A stretch of DNA of 64,000 bases. It comes from Mobula hypostoma. Taxonomy: Eukaryota. The stretch covers positions 186,312,001-186,376,000 of the forward strand of contig NC_086097.1 in the NCBI RefSeq assembly GCF_963921235.1, given 5' to 3'. Of this stretch, positions 14,050-23,056 are shown piece after piece (the first letter of the stretch is position 1; the number at the start of each line of letters is the position of its first letter). The position numbers and the translations under genes are program-made. The notes under the pieces were generated by a model, which searched no databases, was not told the origin of the DNA, and was given only the letters and a program-made list of their open reading frames with translations.

Positions 14050-14350
14050 ACTGGCACTGCCATTAGTGCCTCTACCTCACTACTCCAAGGACTCAGGTAT
14101 GATCCTGACCTCAGCTGCTCACTGTGTGGAACTTGTTCTCTCTGCGACCACTTGAGTTTGTAGTACTCCACTTTCCTTCCTTATCCTAAAGACCTGCTGG
14201 CTATTGTAACTTACCACTTAGTATAGATTAGCAGCAAAAAGAATAAAAAATGGGAGCTATTAGATATGTGTGAATGAGATTTTTTTACATGGAAATATGG
14301 AGAGTGACAATGGGACACATTGGATTGTCCACATGAGAGCTGACATGACC
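14050..14350 (+). mobile_element. V-SINE, decayed
   Basis: tRNA-like head followed by V-domain TGTGTGGAACTTGTTCTCTC...TCCTAAAGAC. Confidence 0.55.
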
Positions 14351-14833
14351 CCAAAGTTCAAAGTTGAAAGTAAATGCATTACCGAAGTACATAGGGTACA
14401 TACAGCAGGATTGTCATTGCTGTATACCACTACAGAAGTGCAGAACATGTCAACACACATCCTGCAGTTACTTGGTGCTTCTTCAGGGTCCCACCAGGCT
14501 AACTGTCAGCATGAACCCAGACAGCTATTTTAAAAGAATAAGCTCTCATTAGAACTGCTTCTGCTGAGAATTTATCAGCATGAAATATTAACTATGCAGA
14601 ATATAATTCAGGGGGATGGAAAACCAGGGATGTTATGCTCCAGTTTTATAGAATGTTGGTCAGACCATAATAGGGTACTGGATACCAGATCATAAGGAAA
14701 GATGTGATAGAGCAGGAAAGGGTGCAGAGAATATTCACTAGAATGTTTTCTGGGATGGAACACTTCAATTTTGGGAGACAATGGATAGGCTAGATTTATT
14801 TTTCCTGGAGCGGAAATGGAGAATCATTATTCC

Positions 14834-16680
14834 ATAAGATATAGGAGCAGAATTAGGCCATTTGGCCTAATGAGTCTGCTCTTCCTTTTCATCATGGCTG
14901 GTCCAGTTTTCCTCTCAGCCCCAGTTTCCTGCCTTCTCCTCTGCCTTAATTATACATAAAGATTGGTTTCCACAGCTGCAGGCGGCAAAGAATTCCCACC
15001 TGCTTGCTAAAGAAATTCCTCCTCATCTCCGTTCGAAAAGGGCACCCCTCTACTCTGAAGCAGTGTCCTCTGGTCTTAGAGTCTCCACATCCAGTCTATC
15101 AAGCCCTTTCTCTATTTTATAGGTTTTAATGAGGTCATCCCTCATTCTTCAGAATTCTAGTGAATAAGGCCCGGAGCCATTAAAAGCTACTCATGTGACA
15201 AACCATTCCTGGAATCATTTTCATGAACCCCGTTTGAACCCTCTCCAGTTTCAGCACATCCTTTCTAAGATAGGGGCTCAAAACTGCTCACAATACCCCA
15301 AGTGAGAACTCACCTGTGCTTTTTAAAGTCTCAACATTACATCCTTGCTTTTATATTCTAGTCCTCTTGAAATGAATGCTAGCATTGCATTTGCCTTCCT
15401 CACCATAGACTCAATCTGCAAACTAACCTTTAAGGAATCCTGCACAAGGACTCTCAAGTCCCTTTGCACACAGTTTTTTTCTGTATTTTCTCTCCATTTA
15501 GAAAATGGTCAGCCCTTAGTGACTATTTTCCATAGTGAATGACCATACATTTCCCAACACTGTATTCCTTCTGCCATTTCTCTGCCCATTCTTCTAATCT
15601 GTCTAAGTCCTTCTGTAGCCTCTCTGCTTCCTCAAAACTACCTGCACCTCCATTTATCTTCAAATTGTGTGCAAACCTTGCAGCAAAGCTATCAACTCCA
15701 TCATCCAAATCATTAACATACAAGGGTGAATGATAAGTTCCTGGAACTTATCATAAAGTAGAAGGAGTCAATTTTAGAAAACGTAGCACATTTATTTTTC
15801 AACATAGTCCCCTCCTATATGTACAGACTTAGTCCAGCAGTTGTGGAGCATACAGATCCCTTCTTTGTAGAAGTGGTCCACAGCAGGGGTGATTGATAAG
15901 TTTGTGGCCTAAGGTAGAAGGAGATGAGTTATACAGCTCTTGTTACACATATGTGCAGTTCAACCCTTTGAGTGAAAATGCAGAAAGCTTGAAGTTGCTG
16001 ACTCATCCCCTTCTGCCTTAGGCCATGAACTTATCAATCACCCCTGCTGTGGACCACGTCTGGAGGTCCAAGACGCTGACCTCTACAAAGAAGGGATCCG
16101 TATGCTCCACGAACGCTGGACTAAGTGTGTAAATGTAGGAAAAATAAATGTGCTAGGTTTTCTAAAATTGACTCCTTCTACCTTAGGCCACAAACTTATC
16201 AATCACCCCTCGTATAACATGAAAAGAATCGGTTCCAACACAAATTTTCCTGTGGAACACCACTAGTCACTGACAGCCAGTCAGAAAATGTTTATTCCCA
16301 TATTTGTCTCCTGCCAAGCAGCCACTGCTTTATCCATGCTAGAGGCTTTCGCGTAATACGATGGGCTTTTAGCTTGTTAAGCAGCCTCATGTGTGGCACT
16401 TTGTCAAAAGCCTTTGGAAAATCCAAGTACACATCAACCAATTCTCCTTTGTCTATTTCTTCAAAGAATTTCAACAGATTTGTTAGGGAAGATTTTCCCT
16501 TGAGGAAACCATACTGACTATGGCCTATTATACCATGTGCCTCCAACTACCCTGAGACCACATCCTTAAAAATCAACTCCAACATCTTTCCAACATCTGA
16601 GGTCAAACCTACTGGCATATAGTTTCCTTTCTTTTGCCTCTTTCCCTTCTTGAAGAGTGGAGTAATATTTGCTCTTTCCT
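14834..16680 (-). mobile_element. CR1 LINE interrupted by a MITE at 15721-16212
   Basis: RT pieces YGFLKGKSSLTNLL, DFPKAFDKVPH and YVNDLDDG; collinear across the MITE. Confidence 0.9.
15721..16212. mobile_element. Mariner-type MITE, palindromic, TA target-site duplication
   Basis: TA at 15719-15720 and 16213-16214; ends CAAGGGTGAATGATAAG / CTTATCAATCACCCCTCG; long inverted arms. Confidence 0.9.
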
Positions 16681-16714
16681 AACAGAGAACAGAAAATTAT
16701 GAGGGAGAGGTCAT

Positions 16715-17420
16715 TGGTTTATTATTGTCGCATGCATTAAGGTAGAGTGAGAAACTTTGTTCTGCATGCCATCCATACAGATCATTTCATCATATCAGTA
16801 CATTGAGGTAATTCAAAGGAAATTCAATAACAGGATCAATAGACAGCAGTGTTACAGAGAAGGAGTAGTGCAGACAATGATAAAGCCACGATGAGGTAGA
16901 CTGTGAGATCAAGCATCCATTTAGTCGTACAAGAAGTCCATTCGATAGCGTTATAACAGCAGGTTAGAAGCTGTCGTTGAGCCCAGTCGTGCTTGCTCTC
17001 CAGGAAGAAGGGAGAATGTCCAGAGGGAGGGTATTTGATTATACTGGCTGCTTTCTTGAGGGACTGAGAATAGTAAACGAGGAGGGACTGTGTTTCATGA
17101 TGTGCTGAGCTATGTCCATAACTCTTGTGTTCTTAGGCAGCGCAGTTACCGTGCCAAGCCATAATGCATTTGTTACCATTAACAAGCCATAATGCATTTG
17201 TATAGGATGCTTTCTACAGTGCATCCATAAAAATTGCAGCGGGTCAATGGGGACACATCAAATTTCCTTATCCTTCTGAGGAAGCAGAGGCACTTGTGTG
17301 CTTTCTTGGCCACCATATCTATATGGTTGGACCAGGAGAAGCTATTGGTGATGTTTAAACCTAGGAACTTTAATCTTTCAACCTCAGTAGCACGGATACA
17401 AACAGGGGTGTCTATTCTGA
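16715..17420 (-). mobile_element. Rex1/Babar LINE 3' portion
   Basis: KFLGLNITNSFSWSNHIDMVAKKAHKCLCFLRRIRKF...FYGCTVESIL. Confidence 0.85.
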
Positions 17421-18234
17421 CCAACTTCCAAAGTTTCTAGCATAACTGATTAAGTTGGTGAACAGTGCCCACAAGTTATTAAAAGAGACTGAAAAGTTGT
17501 ATAAAGTGAAATGTGTATGAAAGTAGCTCAGGAAAGTATTCTTAATATTCTTGGTTACGAACTGTATGCTGGTGAAGAAAAATGTGGGTTGGGTATTATC
17601 ATATTGATTAAGGATGACAATTGCATTTGAGATAGATTAATTTATTTAACTTTTTTTAATTGTTGGGAAAATGGATACCAGTGCTTCAGCAATAAATGTG
17701 GGATGACATACGTTTAGACTCGCATTTCTTTGATTTTATTTCCATCTTCTGTAGATTGTGTAACAATTCATGAAACATTTCTAGATTATATAGAATCTAC
17801 AGAAAACAATCAGACTGTTTTGGTCTATGCTTCACACTAAATACTTCATACAACGATCTCCTTTTAACACATCCTAAATTCCAATATTTTCTTCTCCCTT
17901 ATGAAGCCACCCTTAAATATCTTGATGCTACCCATGTAGATACGTTTTCTGATGTTAGCACTTGTGTGTTTCACTCCATGCCAGATTTCACTCTGTTTAG
18001 ATCAAGATTCAAGATTCCAGGTTGTTTACCATCATTCATCAAGTCACAGGTGTAAAGGAGAACAAAATGACTGTTACTCTGGATCCAATGCAGAATCAAA
18101 GAAAACACAATAAGCATAAAGAGCACAATAAAAATACATTAAATATAAATACATGATTACTTTATATACATAAACTGACAGTCTGTATATATAGTAAATT
18201 GATGATAAATATTGGAGTCTGTCTGTGTCTAGGT

Positions 18235-18550
18235 ACCAAATCCAATGTGGATGTTGGTGACCATGGTTTTCCATATAGATCTATCCCTCGTTCTTCGGAT
18301 GACTTCCATTTCCTCGGTGTGTAGCCACCTGGCTATGCTTTTGATGTACATAAGCTGAGGTCTTCCTCTAGGTTTACTTCCCTCGATCTTTCCAGAGAGT
18401 TTGAGTCTTTCTAGTTTATCTTTCTGCTTGATGTGTCCTAGGAATCTGAGTTGTCATTCTCTTATTTTTGGTATGAGTGATCTAACTGCTTGGGCTCTTC
18501 TGAGAACTTCTTCATTTGATGTGTGTGTGGTCCATGATATACTGGAGTAT
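18235..18550 (-). mobile_element. RTE-clade LINE 3' fragment
   Basis: Manual translation ISWTTHTSNEEVLRRA...QLRFLGHI...GKIEGSKPRGRP is an RTE C-terminal signature. Confidence 0.8.
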
Positions 18551-19063
18551 CTGTACATAAACAGAAAATGATAAAGTGCAGTGAGGTGAGTTAATGTGTG
18601 GAGGCATATTGGCCTGGGGAAAGTAATTGTGTCTGGTGGTCCTAGTGTGGATGCTACTTGTTCCTTTGTAACATCTAATGCACGATAAGAGTTTAGGTAA
18701 GAATTCCAAATCTATTTTCCAGGAGTTATGAATAACTTAGGAACTTACAGTGAAATACCAGACCTTGTTACAGTGTTTAATCTCTTAATCCAATCTTGAT
18801 TTGCTGTCATGACCTTCAATAAAATCCTGATGATCATTATCTGATTAAAAGACATAATTATACAGTAGGTACAAGTGAAACACCAGCCGATGCAGGGATC
18901 AATGTTATACAAGCCTGGCACCTATTTTCATAGTGATACGGGATGCTCCCAACTGCACCAGTCTCCAGGGTTTAGATGCTCCAATTCTCTAGAGTAGGGA
19001 TAACTGGCACAGCCCCTTTAAAGCTGTATGCCTGCTCCATGATTGGTAGCCATGTTTCGTCAC

Positions 19064-19268
19064 TGTTGGTTACACTACAATGTTTTTAATAAAAACGCTG
19101 GAGACGGGAGCTGAGGTTCATAATTCTTTACTGGCAGAAACCAAACTCGGCACACACGTACAGATCAATATGTGCCTAATAGCGCGTGCCCAATACATGC
19201 TTAATAGTGCATGCAACGATGTGTTACTAAAACATAAACCCTTATTATAATGTGGGCTATACGGTACA
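19064..19268 (-). repeat. 3' LTR of the SUDS3-carrying element (205 bp)
   Basis: Direct repeat of 22561-22783; ~23 mismatches plus 13-bp and 5-bp indels by manual alignment. Confidence 0.95.
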
Positions 19269-19281
19269 CTCCTCCCCTTTT
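19269..19281 (-). other. Polypurine tract
   Basis: AAAAGGGGAGGAG immediately before the TGT of the 3' LTR on the minus strand. Confidence 0.9.
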
Positions 19282-19461
19282 ACTTTAACAGTGTATCAAC
19301 TGTTTTTTTTACTGGGGCAATATGCTAAACAAATATGTTTACCCTTAACAGACAAACACCATTCATTTACTTAGCAACTTAATAATATCAAATTATAACA
19401 AAGTAATGTAATAATATTGAATTATAACAAGCCTTTTTTTCACTTTTGGTCTAAGACCCAT

Positions 19462-19515
19462 TTATAACTCAAGTCTCTGGGGGGGGGGTCTTCTCTGCCT
19501 CTCCGGGTAACATCT
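19462..19515 (-). pseudogene. C-terminal tail of the element's own pol/integrase
   Basis: Translates as RCYPERQRRPPPQRLEL*, resembling the R.YP.R.R.PP.RL end typical of this Gypsy group. Confidence 0.8.
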
Positions 19516-19516
19516 C

Positions 19517-19945
19517 ACGCCATCCATTTTCTATTTTTTCCTTCTCTCTCTCTCTCTCTCTCTCTCTCTGTCCCTCTCACAATTACTCCTTGCCTGCTCT
19601 CCATCTTCCTCTGGGGCCCCTCTCCCCCTTTCTTTCTGCCTAGGCCTCCCATCCCATGATCCCCTCCCTTCTCCAGCCTTGTATCCCTTTTGCCAAACAA
19701 CTTTCCAGCCCCTAGATCTATCCCTCCTCCTCCTGTCTTCTCCTATCATTTTGGATTTCCCCCTCCCCTTCCCACTTTCAATTCTCTTACTATCTCTTCT
19801 TTCAGTTAGTCCTGACGAAAGGTCTCGGCCTGAAATGTTAACTGTGCTTCTTCCTATGGATGCTGCCTGGTCTGCTGCGTTCCAGCAGCATTTTGTGTAT
19901 GTTACTTGAATTTCCAGCATCTGCAGATTTCCTCGTGTTTGTGTC
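19517..19945 (+). mobile_element. Penelope terminal fragment inside the LTR element, with a (TC)n tract and hammerhead-like motif
   Basis: Strong similarity to the Penelope terminus at ~56300-56508; CTGACGAAAGGTCTCGGCCTGAAA at 19812-19835. Confidence 0.9.
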
Positions 19946-20055
19946 AATAAAATTGTTTGTTTTAATACAGATTAATACAGATTTCCATATAAAAGTCATG
20001 AAGAGTTGACTTCTGAGCATAGGGAGTTAAGTGTGCCTCCAACTTGCTAAGAGTT

Positions 20056-20972
20056 CTAGGCAGCAGATCACCTCTGTATAATGAAGACTCCTCTGTGCAG
20101 TTGTCCTAGACATATACGCATCTTTGTGCTACCACTTGTCTTCCTTACCCATATCTCATTTGTTCCAACTGAGCTAATTATACAGCCAATCTTCGTATTC
20201 TCCTTAGAATCCAAAGAGATAGCCTGACTTTTATGATACCATCTCTTACCATAATATAACTTTCCATCTTCTATTCGTGCTTCATATCTTTGTACCGGTG
20301 ATTCAGCAGGAGTGCTGGGACGATGCTCAGGAGAAGACGGAGATGCTGGTCTTTTCGGAGATTTAAGCTTATTGAAAGTTTGCAGATCATCCATTATCTG
20401 TTCATCTGTTAACAAGTAATTTAACTGCACAGGTGCAGATTTTCATCTTTTGTAATTGGAACAGGGTCATTAGGTCTCCTCCTTATTGGCTTTACCTCCA
20501 TAGAATCTCCCGTGAGTTCCATTGTTAGCCTCTCATTCTCAATCATCTTTTTCTTTTCTTCTAACTCGATCTTTTTATCTTCACATTCCTTCACTGCTGC
20601 TTTCTTCTCTTTAATATAATTCCTTTCCACTTGTTCTGCCTCCAGTTGCAGCAAAAGCTCTCCATTTTTTAGTCTTTCCTTGTATTGTTGATCTAGTTTC
20701 TTCATTCTTTTCTGATACTCCTGCAAAGTGCCTTCCTGTAACGGCTGCAGCTGTCTTTTGAGAGTTGTCAATTTCTCCTGGTATGTCTGCTCTTTTACTT
20801 CCAGGTAGTCTTCATCATCCTGCTTATTGGCAATACCTGTCTCCCTTGCATCCTCTGTATCTTCATCCGAGTCGCGGCCACGGATACTGCGTTCGTCCTC
20901 ATCATTGACGCTGTCTAGCTCCCCCTCGTCGTTGTAATAGTCAACAATGGGTGAGAGGAGAGCTGTGGACAT
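20056..20972 (-). pseudogene. SUDS3: Intronless retrocopy of Sin3-HDAC corepressor subunit SDS3
   Basis: [82 protein letters not shown] and EIWVRKTS match vertebrate SUDS3. ATG at 20972; ancestral TAG at 20056-20058; frameshift at ~20454; premature TGA at 20068. Confidence 0.97.
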
Positions 20973-22177
20973 CTTCCCCACCGAGCTGCCCTCCTTTGCT
21001 GACACATCTAATGCCTTGATGGTGTGCCAATCCAACTGGATTTTCCTGAGCCATTCACGTCCCAGCAACGGTGGTCCTCCATTTTTCAGTACATAGAGGT
21101 TCAGCTGCCGTGTTTTGTCTCTGTAGGTCACAGTTACTTTAATTTTACCTTTGGGACGCACTTTCTGTCCTGTGTAAGTCTTTAGCAGTAGTTTAGTTTG
21201 TTTCAGGGGTATGTGAGAAAACAGATGTTTGTAGTCGTGTACAGAGATCACTGTTAAAGCTGAGCCTGTGTCCAACTCCATTTTCAGTCTCACGCCGGCC
21301 ACTTGTGGAGTGATCCATATTACTCTTCGATCATCTGTCTCTTTCATGCTGTGAAGTTGCCAGCAAGACAATTCACTTTCATCAGAGTTGTTTTCATCAG
21401 AACTGCTTTCTTTCATTTTGTGTACCTTGTTGTATTTTCCTTTCTGGGTTTTCTTGTTTCTCTGTATTTTGTCCTTTCTTTGCTGTTTACTAGCTTTGCA
21501 TACTCTGCCAATGTGGCCCTGTTTACCACAGTTTCTGCATTCTTTGTTTTTAAACCAACAGTCATCAGGGTCATTTGACGTGTTCCCACAACGGTAACAT
21601 TTCTTTCCTTCATTTCTGTTCAGTGACATTTTATTCGTAGCATATTCCAGAGATTTTTGTTGTATCTCTGAAGCACCCAGTGCTGCTGTTTCTGTTGATA
21701 TTGAAATGTTCAGCTCCTTCTCTAATGTAAACTCTTTTTCACCCAGGAACTTCTTCTGTGTGGTTTCACAGTGCGTGCCACACACTAACCTGTCCCTCAA
21801 TGCGTCCGATAGACCAGCTCCAAACTGACAATGTTCTGATAATTTGCGCAATTCCGCACAATATTCAGAAATGCTTTCATTTCTGCTCTGATTCCAATTG
21901 TGAAATTTAAAATTTCAGCAATGACCAGGGGTTTGTGGTTTAAATGCTGTTGGACAGTGTCTACTATTTGCTTGAACATTTTGTCAGATGGCTTTTCAGG
22001 GGTTAACACGCTCCATAGCAGCCCGTATGTTTTTGCTCCCATAATACTGAGTAAGACGCTGGCTTTCTTTTCATCATTAACACCGTTAGCCTCACAATAT
22101 AACTCCACTCTCTCATTGTAAGTTGCCCAGTCTTCAATGCCACTATCAAATGCTGTAATGGTTTCAATCATTGCCAT
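20973..22177 (-). pseudogene. gag (two zinc knuckles) and aspartic protease of the Mag-like element; one frameshift near 21910; in frame with SUDS3
   Basis: [30 protein letters not shown]...[30 protein letters not shown]. Confidence 0.93.
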
Positions 22178-22547
22178 CTTTGTTATGTTAATTTAGCCCC
22201 GTTTTCCCCTTGTTTTCTTTTTGACTCATGTGTCCTTTTTGCTAGCGCCACAAGCGCACTCCAGCTAGATGTGTGTGTGTTGCTCCTTTTTATCTCCCTT
22301 CTGGGGCAGGTAGACCCTCAGTCCCTGGGGTCAGCGCCGGCTGTGGTCTCGGCTGGACGTGCTGTGGCTCCGACTGTGTCTCTTGGTCTCCCGACGTTCC
22401 TGACCCCGGCTGTGCTCCCGCTTCCTTTCAGACTCGCAGCCTCGCTCTGCCCCCTTCTCCCGCTCCTTGTCTCGTTCCTTGCACTCTTCTTCCGAGTGTT
22501 GTTATCAATTAAATCACTGTGTTCTGATACGATGTAGGTTCATTAAT

Positions 22548-22557
22548 CTCATCATCA
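22548..22557 (-). other. Degenerate primer-binding site, probably tRNA-Ser(GCU)
   Basis: TGATGATGAG 3 nt after the 5' LTR; three transitions away from TGGCGACGAG. Confidence 0.6.
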
Positions 22558-22560
22558 ATT

Positions 22561-22783
22561 TGTTGTGTATGTGACCCGGTTACACAAAAATGCTATTAAT
22601 AAAAACCCTGGAGACGGGAGCTAAGGTTCATAATTCTTTACTGGCAGAAACCGAACTCGGCACACACGTACAGATCAATACTCGCTTAATAGCACCTGCT
22701 CAATACGTACCTAATAATGCACGCAATGACTTGTTACTAAAACATAAAATAGTCCCTTATTATAATGTAGGCTATACGGTACA
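22561..22783 (-). repeat. 5' LTR of the SUDS3-carrying element (223 bp)
   Basis: Direct repeat of 19064-19268 with TGT...ACA ends. Confidence 0.95.
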
Positions 22784-23056
22784 GTCACCAAGGTTTGAAT
22801 ATTTAAAGAGCACTTGAACTCAGGTTTGGTCCTCAATCACCAGCTCAACTCTGGTTCAGTCTGCGATTGCATTTAGGATTTCTGTCTCATTTAGGTTCTC
22901 GTCTAGTCTCATCAGATTCTCATCTAGCATCTAGTTAAGAACCTTGTTCTTGTCTCAGTCCTGAAATCGTGTCTCGATTCTAGTCTCAGAAACTGCAGCA
23001 CTTGCATCCTTACCATCCTCGCCGAGGCTTCTGGTCACAGTGGGATGGAGCCAAAC

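Larger units (their letters stand above)
19064..22783 (-). mobile_element. Gypsy Mag/K02A2.6-like LTR element carrying a SUDS3 retrocopy
   Basis: Two LTRs, TGT...ACA termini, TSD GTCAC at 19059-19063 and 22784-22788, PBS, PPT, gag-protease and integrase tail. Confidence 0.95.

Noticed and set aside
19303..19310. A-run as the poly(A) tail of the SUDS3 retrocopy
   Set aside because: It lies downstream of the element's own integrase tail, so it belongs to the element's 3' untranslated region
20056..20972. SUDS3 as the functional host gene
   Set aside because: Intronless, frameshifted, premature stop, and embedded between LTRs
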